A DNA stretch of 64,000 nucleotides from NCBI GenBank assembly GCA_001662655.1, contig KV460206.1; one strand, given 5' to 3'. Position 1 is the first letter of the stretch. Each line of letters begins with the position of its first letter. The notes under the pieces are model-generated. The model was not told the DNA's origin. It saw only the letters and a list, made by a program, of their open reading frames with translations, and made no database searches. Positions 1 through 11,894 of this stretch are shown piece by piece. The DNA is from Pseudogymnoascus verrucosus (lineage: Eukaryota). A program made the position numbers and the translations under genes.

Positions 1-526
1 CACTTGAGCTCTGCTACCGTTGACATCGTTGCCGTAAGCGATCTGACGAGCTTCCCCAACTGGCTCTCTGTCGCGTGGCTGATCGTATTGCGAGAAACCT
101 CCACCAGCAACAAAGGTTGGGGCACTACATAGATTAGATCAGCATGTATAAGATAGATCATAAAATCTGTAACTTACGATGGTGCTGCGGCTTGCGCAGG
201 AACAGCTTCTTTCGCAAGCGCATCCTTGAAGACCGCTGGCATCTCCCAGGAGCTCTGTTTGCTTTCGGTATTATACCAGTATTTACGGCCCCCTTCAGCA
301 GTGTATTCCTTCCATGGTTGATCGGCCAGAGCGCGCTGTTTTGTGTTAGCTTATTTCCATGTCATAATCCCGTTGTTTATCTTACCTCCACTACAGTCAT
401 GAGCTCCTCAGGTTTGGTCCACTGGGTCGCTTTGGTGATGGTGTTGTAGTAATACACTCGCCCTTCAGCATTGCGCGCCTCTTGCCAAAGGCCCGGAGGG
501 GCTATGTGCCCATTGATGCCGTTCAT
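1..526 (-). CDS. PRP40: Pre-mRNA-processing factor Prp40 (tandem WW domains), 5' part; gene continues beyond the window start
   Basis: Manual spliced translation from ATG 526: MNGINGHIAPPGLWQEARNAEGRVYYYNTITKATQWTKPEEL...RALADQPWKEYTAEGGRKYWYNTESKQSSWEMP, i.e. two N-terminal WW domains. Two GT-AG introns (~336-385, ~124-177). Not in the ORF track. Confidence 0.85.
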
Positions 527-897
527 TATTCCTGTTGATGTTGATGGAGCAACGTAATGGAGAATGTTAAGACTATCAAAAGTATTTGGAGGTCGCGCGC
601 GCTAGTGGTCTCGAAGGTCAATTTGCCGCGTCGTGCGTCTCTGGGGCGTTATCCAATCAAGGTTGTGATACGGCAACAGCCACCGCGCCAGGAACTTAAG
701 GGGAGATGCAACAATGCACTTCGAATTCACAAAAAGCCACAACTGACACCTGAAATTAATTCAAGCGACCTTTGCGAGGCTGGGAGCATAAACTTGCAGA
801 AATCATTTATGTTTTGTTTTGGAGTCAGCTTACCGACTTCTGTCCTCTCCTGTATATATATTACGGGGAGAGGGGTATATAATCTTTGAGAATCGAG

Positions 898-2738
898 ATG
901 TCTGACGATGAGCAGCCACAACAGTCTCGTGGCAGCTTGGAATTTGTGGAAACTTCAATTATTCAGACGATTGTCCCGGAATTTACAGAATTAAGTCTTG
1001 AAGAAGGGTTGAGGACTTCACTTGCAAAAAATGGCGATGTAGAAGCGGCTCTTCAGGACATGGCCCTGAGGCAGACAGTATTCTTTGGTGAGTAAACATT
1101 TGGCTCATGGATAATTTATATCTTACTTATCACTAGATTATAGATGAAATATTGAATGTCTATGTTGTCTTACAGACACCACATTTGGATGAAAGGGCTG
1201 TCCATCGATACCTTGACCGGCTGGTGGTCACGTTGGATGCCAACGTTGTCAATGCACTGACAGATCCACAAGGCCAGTCCGGCCACGAGCTGATTTATTC
1301 AGGATCAAACGATCAGCTTAAAGAAGCACCTGTTATCATTAAAAGTCCCGGGGAGGATGATAAAACAAGTTTATTAGTGGTCTGGAAGTTTCCAGTCCCT
1401 CTTACAAGGCCTGGCAGGCTGCGCCTCCAAAGCCCTTCCGTGGTCTTTTCAATTTCCGCGAACTTAAAAACAGCCGAACAGCTGAAGGCGATGATTCGGC
1501 AGAACGAATACCTGCCCAGTCAAATGCCTTCTGGCATCAACCTGTTCGAATCCTTCAACGGGGATCCGGCTCTTGGAGATGCCATACCCCGCCTATCTGC
1601 TCTACGAGTCTCGCGGGTTAAACCAGTGTCACCAGGCGAGGCAGATTCTCTGAGCCCATTGAGGATAGCACCAGCGCGCCCTCTTAAGATATTACCTGCA
1701 TTCCAACTACGAGCACGCTACGCAAGACCAAATAACACGCATAGCAACCCCTGCATATTCGCCTCCTTAGACATAGAGGCCACCCCATGGGCTGGCAACT
1801 CTCTCAGCTTGACGTCAGTTGGTTTCAAGCTTACAGACGGAAATGTCGAAGATCTGAACACAGCCCCTGACATGGCACTTCCCATGGACTGCCTTCCAAA
1901 AGACGATGTCACCTTAGTATACCGCCTCTCACGCACTCCCCTGGAGCAATCCTCGACCCCAATAAAGCCGCTCCACATCACCGTCACTGGCACAGTCTGC
2001 GTCTCTCCCAGCTGTCTGCCCAAAATCACCATGATCTGGGCCACAAGCGTCGACTTCACGCCCCCCGTGAACCCCGGCTTCGGAAACCCAAGCGCAACAA
2101 TCCAGCGCGACCACCGCCCAGCCCAGCTAAGCATATCCTCCAACCACGAGGCCCTGAACACCTCCCTCGCCGCATCTCGACCCGATGCTCTCCCCGCCAT
2201 CGAATTCACAACCAAACACCAGCGCTCTCTCTCCGTCCCCGACTTCGGCGTCACCATGACCTTCACCGCCCCAACAACCCCAATTTACCAGGGCGACTTC
2301 TTCAGCTGGACCGTGTTCGTCGTGAACCGCTCTGACCACCCGCGCAAACTGGCACTCATCCCCATCGCAAAGCGGAGAATCCAATCCTCTTCGCACCACC
2401 GCGCCCCGACGAACCGGCCGCTCTCAAGCTCGTACACGCAGCAAAAGGGAGCCTCTGGCGGTGCCAACACCGATATCGCCGATGCTGTGCTTGACGAGAA
2501 TATTCTATACGCCGCGCAGAAGGGCGCCGGCATCGAGTGTGCAGACATCATATGCTACAGCACCGACGTGCGTGTTGGCCCCCTGGCACCAAGCGCATGT
2601 CACATGACCGAGCTACGGTTTATGGCGCTCCAGAGCGGGGTCCTGGGTCTGGAGGCGGTGCGTGTTGTGGATTTGGGAACACAGGAGCATGTTGATATCA
2701 AGGATCTGCCGAGTATAGTTGTTTCTGGGGCTAAATAA
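898..2738 (+). CDS. TRS65: TRAPP II complex subunit Trs65
   Basis: Exon 898-1087, intron 1088-1143, then a long ORF. N-terminal RQTVFFDEILNVYVVL; C-terminal VRVGPLAPSACHMTELRFMALQSGVLGLEAVRVVDL is typical of Trs65. Confidence 0.85.
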
Positions 2739-3015
2739 AATATAAATCATTGATAGCTGAGGTTTAAATCCTTCTACTACTCCCCCAAGATCTCGCTTCA
2801 AATGTTTCCCGCTGGAGTCCCCCAAGTGATTTCCAAATAATGTCTAATGCAATACTCCGCGCGCCCTGTTACGCTAAAATGTCATGTCTCATTGTAACCA
2901 ATCAACTCCGTTAGCCAAAAATGAAACCGTGAAGTTCCTATAACCACAGCTTCCAAACTACGCTTCAAAATCACCCACAACCCTTTAGTGCAGCTACTTT
3001 TAGACGTGATTATCG

Positions 3016-5733
3016 TCATAGCGCACTCGACGGATTAAAATAAGTCGGCGGGACTAATCCTAGGTAGTCATCAATGCCATCCAGCCCATTAGTCTCTAGG
3101 CTCTCCATGAGTTCCACCTGTTGGCTGTAGCTTAAGCTTCCCATACGGTCTGTCTGCGTATCATAGCCTTGATCGGTATATACTAGTGGCCCAAAGTTGT
3201 ACGTCGGTTGGATGAAGTAGTTGTTCTCATCCAGACTGTTAAAACTTTGTTGGCCCGCTGCAGGTCCAGGGGCTTGCATCGGCAACGTGGCAGTTTGAAC
3301 AGGCGTAGGGCCCCACTGAGGCGGTAGCGGCTGCTGTTGCTGAGGTAGCTGTGGTTGAGACTGCTGTGGCTGGGATTGCTGTTGTTGAAGCTGCTGCGAT
3401 TGAGGCTGCTGCGATTGAGGTTGCTCCGGTTGAGGCTGGTACGACTGTGGCTCTTCCTGCCCATACTCGGGAGGGAAGTAACTGAAGCGTCGATCAGTCG
3501 AGCGACTCGCTGGCTGCATGAAAATGGAATTTGATCGGAACGTAGGCTGCTGTTGCTGGAATCGAACGTTCTGGTGGTACTCATTTGCCGCAGTATTCTC
3601 GGGAGACTGGTTAAACACGTAACTGAATGTTGGAGCTGGCTCTTGTGATTGCTGAGAATACGCCATGGACGGCGCAGTGAGATTTGAGTGATCGGAAAAA
3701 GGAGAGGACATGGATTCGTTGACGGACGCAGGCGAGTTTGCGGAGAGCGAGGAGGAGGAGTCGGAAACTTTTCCACCATCATAGGACTTGAAGCACGCTC
3801 GCCCAAGCCGTTGGTAAAGCTCCGACGCGGGTTTGCTACCAGGCCATCGGTCGGTACAGCGGACCATCACGCCTACCGCCACCTCAAGGAGTTCTTCAAG
3901 TTCTTCTTTTGGGTGTAGACTTCTCACGTCTGGGTATGATATCGACCAGAGAAGAGTGTTCACGGCCATAAACAGGCTCTGAAGGAAGATCCAAGTAACA
4001 TCCACAGAAGGATTGTCCATCTGGCGGTGTTGCATCTTGATGTTATACGCTGAAGCATCGTAACACATTATGGCGCCGCGAACAGATGGCTTTGGAACCT
4101 GGGGAGAAGGGCGGAAAAGGAATACAATCATGGTGTTAACCTTCCCAGTAAACCTATGAGAAGGGTCAGCGAAGATTCGAAACGATCCGAAGGAAATTTG
4201 CCATACCAAGGTTTGCTCCAGCTAGGGTTCTCAGGGGCTGCTTCTAGCCAAGATTGAAGTTTTTCCTCCATCTGAGGAAACCAAGGATGTGAGTCGTTTT
4301 TCGGCTCAGACCGCTTCCTTTGATACAGTACTCGACGTATTTCAGCCTGTAGTAAACGCATCTTGAAGAAATGAACCGCCATGACCTTCTTTTCTGATAC
4401 ATGGTTGGAAGTGATCCCACCCGGTGTGATGTACTCATCATCGACCGTGGCAAAAAAGCCTACATCGACATGGTCTTGACCAGTGGCATATCCGTTGGGA
4501 CGACCAAGGCTATGTGCCAGCCCAAACTCCATTGAGAGTACAATCCATGATAAGCGCCTCCTCATGTCCATCTGCAGCGGATCAACTTGACTAAGAGACA
4601 CGCCCTGAACAATGGTCTTCTCTTCTGTGAGGCCTAACTGCTGGCATAATCTTGTCGCGAGGCCAACGATGTAGTATATCGGTGTCTTGGTAGGCGTCAG
4701 GAGAGAATATTGTGCTATCAATACGAGACATTGTAATGTCCTGAGATCTTTCGGCCGCACCACTTCATCAACGCTTTGCATGGCAGCCAAGTAGTAGCTA
4801 TCCGCCAGGCCTGCATATTGCGGATCAAGCTTTTGCATGCTGATGGCTAGAACTATTCGCACAATGAAGTTTTTAACCGGGTCTGTATCGCCAGCATAAA
4901 CCTCGTCGCATTCCTTATAAAATGTAGGCTCGTGTAACGTAGGGAAAAGATATTGAGCTGAGGACCGATTAGTAATTACTCGTTCAATGAAGCGGGGAAT
5001 TCAATGACCGACCTTTTTGATTGAAGACTTCTATTAGCTTATCAGTTACTGATCGGTTTGGCAATCGATCTGCTGGAATGGCACTGATCATCGGGTATGA
5101 TTTTGTCCTCTCTGGGATGGACTCCGGAGACTGGCCGGGAGCTCGTCGAGTGCTAACCTCCGGAACAAGCTCACGAATGCTCCTGGAATCTGTGTAGCGC
5201 CTAGCTTCCTCCATCACCAATCTCGTCATAGCAATTCCGCTCGAGGGCCCAAGGTATCGTGGCATCTCATCGTCCTCCTCCAATCGAACGAGACCCCCGG
5301 GCCGTATCGAATCCTCCGTTTTGATTTGGGCATCATCATCGTCAACATATCGTCCCAGTTCCAGTTGTAGGGCGCGGACTCGATCCTGGAGGCGGATCAC
5401 ATAGGTTCGGGATATCTTCTTGTTCTTTGTGGTATCATAATATTCGCAGACTGAGCCCTTTCGTTCGCAGGGCAGGCACTTCGGAAGGGTTGGGTCGCAC
5501 CGCGTCTTTCTCTATCAGAGTATTAGTAAACTGCAACATGAAATCCTTTTGTCGCTGTATCAAGATGTACTAACCTGGCGACATCGGCAGCATGCGGCTA
5601 ATGTGTGCGCGATTCTTGGTGAGTTCGAGTTTCCGTCGCTCTCATGGCTGCTCTCTCTCGCGCGAGGGGTTCTAGCCTCTCGTGCCTTGCTCACCGACCC
5701 CAGGCCCTGCCGAAAAGCTTCGGCTACATCCAT
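3016..5733 (-). CDS. Zn(II)2Cys6 transcription factor with fungal-specific TF (MHR) domain, Ppr1/UaY-like
   Basis: Spliced translation MDVAEAF...RIAHTLAACCRCRQ|RKTRCDPTLPKCLPCERKGSVCEY gives the Zn2Cys6 cluster. MHR motifs LQCLVLIAQYSLL and DMRRRLSW. Q-rich C-terminus. Three introns (~5514-5574, ~4958-5011, ~4129-4205). Confidence 0.9.
3330..3450 (-). repeat. Coding QPQSQ/polyQ low-complexity repeat in the Zn2Cys6 factor C-terminus
   Basis: Imperfect 15-nt repeats (e.g. gctgctgcgattgag) encoding QPQSQQPQSQQLQQQQSQPQQSQPQ. Confidence 0.7.
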
Positions 5734-6850
5734 TTGCTCCGGAGCTCAGAGTATATTATTTGCTGCTCGCGAGGGGAATACTGCGCATGCTGGGGCGACC
5801 TCAGCGATGAGCAGTTTGCTGTCTCTGGAGAAGCTGTGTCTCGCAACTGCTAACCAGCCGAGGCTCTCGAGGGCGATCCGTTCCGGGGGTTGATGCGAAA
5901 TATGAAGAGGTCCGGTTAATATGCGATTGAGATTCGTCGTTGGTCATCACAGTCCTTGGTGGCGCATTTCATCTTCGCTGGGTATATGCGGCCATAGGAG
6001 TAGTGTTGGAAGTGACCACTGGAGCAAACTGACAGAACCGTAGTTTGTGTTTGTGGAGGGGAACAGTCGTCGGAACAGTCCCGCAACAGAGGTGTAGGTT
6101 AGACTGGTGGGGGGATGGGGTTTTACAGATTTGAAGATGATCTACCAACCGAATAATAATGTCAAAGTTTTATACTGTTTGTGTACAGTACATACAATGT
6201 ACAGCACAGTCAGCCAGAGATTCCGTACATATTGGATTCCTGCGGATTCCTGTCTCCAGAGTACTCCAGTGCTCAAATCTTAAGCGCCGGCGTTGTTGGC
6301 CCACAGAGAAGACCCGCACCGCACCGCACAACTAAATCTAAGTGCTACTACTAACAATACGCCGTTTCTCTGGTCTGGGGTTCAAAAGAAGCAGGTACTT
6401 GTTCAGTTTATACTGCGGAGTTAGGAGAATAGTACTATAGACCAGTACATAACTCGTACATAAACCCCGTGGAATGTCGCTAAAAAAGACAATGTGGACC
6501 CTGTGTTGACTTGTTCATTTTGCCTGTCCACATGCATGAAGACGTGCGAAATGAAAACAAGTACAAGTACCATTTGGGTACCATCCGTCGTCCTTGGCTC
6601 CAATCCACCCGCACGGGCGGCGGCAGAGTTAAGCCTAGAACACCAAAGGAGTTAGGTGCACAACATCACCTTGCTGCAACTCGTCGTATCATTTGCTTCC
6701 CCTCTTCCACCCCACTTACTTAGCACTGCGTTGCACGGAAACATCTCCATCTCTATCCTGCACGTCTTACTTTCTTAAACAGCCTCTGCGCCGGCCCGGA
6801 TACCCTCATTTCTTCTGAAAGCGTCGGGTGTCGGGCTTCGGAAAGGCATT

Positions 6851-9073
6851 ATGCATCGGTATACTGCCCTTGATTCGCCATTGTTAAGGGTCTCTCGGCC
6901 AGTAGCCGCGTGCTCAAGATGTGAGTTCATGAACCAAGCCAGGAATTAAAACATGACCCTGATTTTATCATAGGCCGCGCAGCAAAGATCAAGGCATGTG
7001 CTCTGCAGGTATATTAGAGGTTTGCTACTTACACCCTTTAGTGTGACGGCAAGCTCCCGGCATGTACGGCGTGTGAAAAGGCTGGTAGAGTGAATGAATG
7101 CTCAAGCTCCAATGACCAGTTTGCGAAAGGCAAAGAAAGGAGGTCAGTTGTAATGGGGAACTGGGCGGTTGGAGGCAAATGCTAATGAATATCAAGCTAT
7201 GTTGCATCTCTCGAATCGCGAGTGGAAAAGCTCGAGAAACGCATAGCATATGCGAAGATGAGAAAGGCATCAGTCACTATGCACGAAGGCGATAGCCCGC
7301 CTATGACGCCCCCCGATCGAAAAGACTCACTGGCTGCTATCCGTGCGGCCATCCAAGGAAAGGCTGCTCGACGGCGGGAGGCCACCGATGTCAATGAACT
7401 CGTCTCAGACTTTGGGTTTATGTTTGACCTCCTTTCCCTTGGCTAACGTTGACCGTACTCCCTCCTAACTTTTATAGGACTGTCAATGCCACCATGCGAG
7501 ACTTCGACACGAAAACTACGAGCTTAACCTTTGCCAGACTTATTTTGGCAGCGTCTCTTAATGAGCCATTGCCAAGGCTAAAGAATCCACAAATGCCCTC
7601 GAGGCAAACAGCTATGGGGCTACTTCAGTATTATTTGGAAAACGTGCTGTCCCTGTTTCCAGCATTTCCAGAGACCGCCCTCTTTAACGCATTGGATGCG
7701 GTCTATCAAGAAAATCCACAACATGTTGAGGACTTCGATTATTGGATACTATATATGGTTTTGGCGATAGGCTCCATGTGCCAGTCCCGCAGCAGCACAG
7801 ATACCTTCTATAAGGATGGCGTTGATTTTGTTGTGCGAGCACTCAAATTTGCTGACCACGTCCTCATGCCCGGCTATCCACAGCAGATCCAAGCGTTGAT
7901 TCTGCTTGTGCAATATTCCACATTGGACCCGGCACACTTTGACAGTTGGCAATTGATCGGATTCACTTGCCGCGCTGCGGTCGACTTGGGTTATCACCAG
8001 GATCCACCAAAGGAGCAGGCGGTTGACAAGAGGGCTCTTCAACAACGGCGAAAGATATTCTACTCTGCATATGCACTTGACAGGTAATTTTCATGCTATA
8101 TATCATTGACATGCTTATGCTCACCCAACATAGATCTATCAGCATGGTACATGCTCGGCCATTTTCATTTACGGACGACGCTATCACTGTAGCATTTCCA
8201 GCTGATCTTTCCTCGACATCTGATCCAGAAAGCCCAATTTCGAAATTGCCAGCCCTGGATGCATCACTCCTCATATTCCAACTGCGGAAGGCTCAATCCA
8301 CTTGGTATCAAGAGCTTTTCCAGTCGAGTCGCGATCCTCTTCATCCTTCGTCTCAATATCTCTGGCAGATGTGTTATGAAATGCGCACCTGGTCCGAAAA
8401 TTTACCCAAACATCTCCCTCAGGCTACACGAGAACTTTTCGACTTAGAACTCCTATATAGCTATGTCTATTGTTTGGCGCCTTCGTGCCGATTCCCATCA
8501 GTGTCAGAATTGGGCAAGACACTGATCTTCGAATATTGCATATCTTATATTCAAAAGCTATTACCCATCGCCAAGGACCCGATCAATACGGCATTCTACA
8601 CATATCATGACGCCCTCAGAGTCTACTTTATTGGAAGCCAGTTCATCGCTGTACTTTCTGATAACCTCAATGCACTTCTGCAAGGAATCATTCCATTCGT
8701 CAACACCATTCAAGGGGGACCACCTCCTCCCCCCATACCAAATATGGGGCGTACAGATAATATTAGCCGGAGCATTATCTGTATCGAGCAGATTATTGAG
8801 GCATTGAAGACCTATGGTGAGCGCTGGGATGACTCGAAGGCGCTCAAGTCTAGTTTCGAGGCACAGTCTACAGGTATGCTGGGTGAGCTATACAGGCGGC
8901 AAGAAGAACAGCAGCAGCAACAGCAATATCACCAGGACATTAGAGATTCAAGCTCTCCCGGCACTGTAGTCTCTGGGACTGATTATAAAAGTTCTCCTCC
9001 TTCGCAGTCACTGTCACAGCTCGGAGATGGATGGAGTATTGATCGATTCACCGAGGACATATATAAGGGATGA
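6851..9073 (+). CDS. Zn(II)2Cys6 transcription factor with fungal-specific TF domain
   Basis: Spliced: MHRYTALDSPLLRVSRPVAACSRCRAAKIKCDGKLPACTACEKAGRVNEC...SYVASLESRVEKLE. MHR region QALILLVQYSTLDPAHFDSWQLIG...RRKIFYSAYALDRSIS. Five introns, one of them GC-AG. Confidence 0.9.
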
Positions 9074-9604
9074 ACGGGAGGTCGTTGGTTGGTTCATTAG
9101 GATGTTGGAGACATGGCTCCTGGAGATCCTTAATCATATCCATGTTTGATTTCTTTAATAGCCTATCATTTTAAGATATCCTGAGAATAGAGATGAGATG
9201 TTCAGACAATCTAAACCTGAACCACTCCGGAGTCTGATGCACAAGCTTGGGGCTACCTCCTAAGATTAGGATCCCTGTATTGTTTACATAATATCCTAGA
9301 CAAGCAGAGTTTCGACACGCGGCTCAGCGAATCCTTCCTCCATCAAAGCCTATCAAAAGAACATCATAATCCTCGGATTTCTCTTCAGAGTTTGTCGTCA
9401 GAGTTTGTTCAATTAGCGGCTATTCCCCAGGTTTGTCGTGTTGTATGAATGACGGGCTCTTGGCGCTTGGACCCCCCAACAACACTTATCGGTGATCCAC
9501 ATCAGCCCGTGGTCAGCGCAGACGTCATAGATAGGCGTCGATCGTGACATCGGATCCGCCTTCGATACCTCAACCTTCAACTCCGCATTCCCAAGGTCGC
9601 AGCC

Positions 9605-10642
9605 ATGGTGTTCGATATACAGAGGCGGCAGTTACTACGATACCTAAACACCACATATACCTATTGGAATACTGTAAGTGGGATCCACGTTTTGATTTCA
9701 CAATGCCTAGTGCAATTGTTTGTTTCGAACCCATCACTGACGAGACCTCTTCGCCACACAGCCACTCCTCCATGCGATAATCGCCTTCATAGAACTTGCA
9801 ATCATGTCGAGGCTCGTAGCCAAGTTCCACGGCTACTATGCTGAACATCCAAGTATGTCAATCCAGCAGCTCCCTGGTCATGACCTTCACTAATTGGCTT
9901 TCAGTCCTTACGATGATGGCGTCGAACGCCGTCCTCAGTGGCATAGCCGACACAGTTGCCCAAAGCATAACTGCAATCCGCGAGCGCGCTCTCCGAAAGC
10001 CTGGCGGCCCAAACAACAGAGATGACCCATTTGCAGTCGAGATCCACGAGCTTGACAAGAGAAACCCCTTCAGCGTGGAGGACCTCATTCCAGAGTCCAA
10101 GATCCTTCCTCCACCATTCGACTTCGAGCGGCTCTCTAGATTCGTGGGATACGGCTGTATGATTGCCCCGGTGCAGTTCAAGTGGTTCCAGTTCCTGAGC
10201 AGGTCATTCCCGATTACGAAGGGAAGTGCACTCGGACCGGCAATGAAGAGGGTTGCGTTTGATCAGCTGATATTCGCACCGTTTGGTCTCTGTCTCTTTT
10301 TTACGGCAATGACAGTTGCTGAGGGAGGGAGAAAGAAGCAGGTTGTGCATAAACTGCAAGATATGTTTGTGCCGACGCTGAAGGCCAACTACGCCCTCTG
10401 GCCGGCGGTTCAGATATTGAACTTCCGCGTCATTCCGATCCATTTCCAGTTGGTAAGACACATCTCACTGTATCCCATACACCCGGCCTCTTGCTAATAT
10501 ATCTTGGTAGCCATTCGTATCTACTGTCGGAATCGCGTGGACAGCATACTTGTCACTTACGAATGCGGCGGAGGACGCTAAGGAGGCTGGATCTCCAGTA
10601 ACACCTCAGAGGGCGCAACTGCGGAGGGAATATTCCGATTAG
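9605..10642 (+). CDS. Mpv17/PMP22 (Sym1-like) integral membrane protein
   Basis: Motifs TMMASNAVLSGIADTVAQ, FDFERLSRF, KRVAFDQLIFAP, LKANYALWPAVQILNF, PFVSTVGIAWTAYLS. Exons ~9605-9673, 9761-9851, 9905-10452, 10511-10642. Confidence 0.85.
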
Positions 10643-10944
10643 GAGCCTGCTGAAGTGTTGTACTTATACATATTTCATACTTGACACGCTCATATCAGCT
10701 GTCATAGGGTAGACGGGCATGGATTCATGGATTCACGGATTATATTTAAGGACATACAGTTCTTGGTCAAAGGGGGCGTCGTGGTCGAAAAGACGGGGCA
10801 TCTAGGTCATATTCTTGGGCGTTAAATGAAATGATATTCTATTTTTCTCCTGAGTATATCTACTATACGCTACATGTTAGCGATTTAGCAACTGTTTATG
10901 GCGGAATTTGCCCGCTGCTTTACGCGTCCTCTCCGCTTGGTTAC

Positions 10945-11403
10945 CTAGGCTAACTCCAGGCTAACATAAATTTGGCTTGCCGCCTTAAGGACAACTACAA
11001 TCACAATCCCGAAATTGGTTGCTCCCCGAAATGTGAGGGCCATTTTCAAGGTAAAAATAACAAGGCAGAGTAACCCACGCAACCTACTTCGTGACCTGCT
11101 ATGACAGAAAATGTATATAATCCTGCATAATCCTGCCATCTTGCCCTAACACTCTTTACTCTCTTTACATGTCCTTAAATCACTCGCTCTGTCGGTGAGG
11201 GAGGGCGCTTGGGTGTGGTGGGGGAGGGGTTGGTAGGCGGGGTTCTCGCGCGGGGGAGGACCGGTTGGGATGGGGTTCTGGCTCTGGGCTTCTAGGTAGG
11301 GTGGCGGTGGTACGTCTAGCAAGTCAGGCGTTCCGTGTTCAAAGGCTTGCGACTTCTTCGCCTTCGCGTCGGCTTTGCTGTCGCTGCATGGTTTTTGTTC
11401 CAT
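10945..11403 (-). pseudogene. Small PPxY-containing, possibly membrane protein interrupted by an in-frame TAG
   Basis: ORFs 11146-11403 and 10945-11139 are in the same frame, separated by a single TAG (TGT TAG GGC AAG ATG). N-terminal DVPPPPY, hydrophobic C-terminal segments. Confidence 0.4.
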
Positions 11404-11894
11404 GTTGTTTAGTTGGTTGAGGTTTCTAGACGCGGGCTAGGTGGGGATGGCTTTGAGGAATGGGAGGTAAGTGCACGATATATATGGAAATAGGCCTGGC
11501 AAGGTTGCTGAGACCACAGATTGAGAGTCTGCGCTACAGGTAAGCTGCCAATGAGCGCCGCTGCCATACCGCACAAGGATCTGCTGGCATTACTCGGAAT
11601 TATATTCGGTGGCGTTGGATCCCCCAAGTTTATGTCCTGGAAAATCAAGTGGAGTTGTGTTCTTTGGCACTTAGATGCTCTCGAGGAGTAACTTTGACGG
11701 CGGTAAAGGATCACAAGACATGTTTGCAGCTTATAATGACGGGTCGTTTGGAGACGATAAATTGATCAGAGTAAGCTCCCATAGGTGATCAAAACCAGAC
11801 TCAAGCATTTAGCATAACAATAGTCAGAGTTCTAGTATACAAAATTTGAAAGGGAACCAAAGTTCATCCGAACGCACGCACGAAAGAGTGCAAG

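Noticed and set aside
1..28. ATG at 28 on the minus strand as a gene start (MSTVAELK)
   Set aside because: Out of frame within a PRP40 exon.
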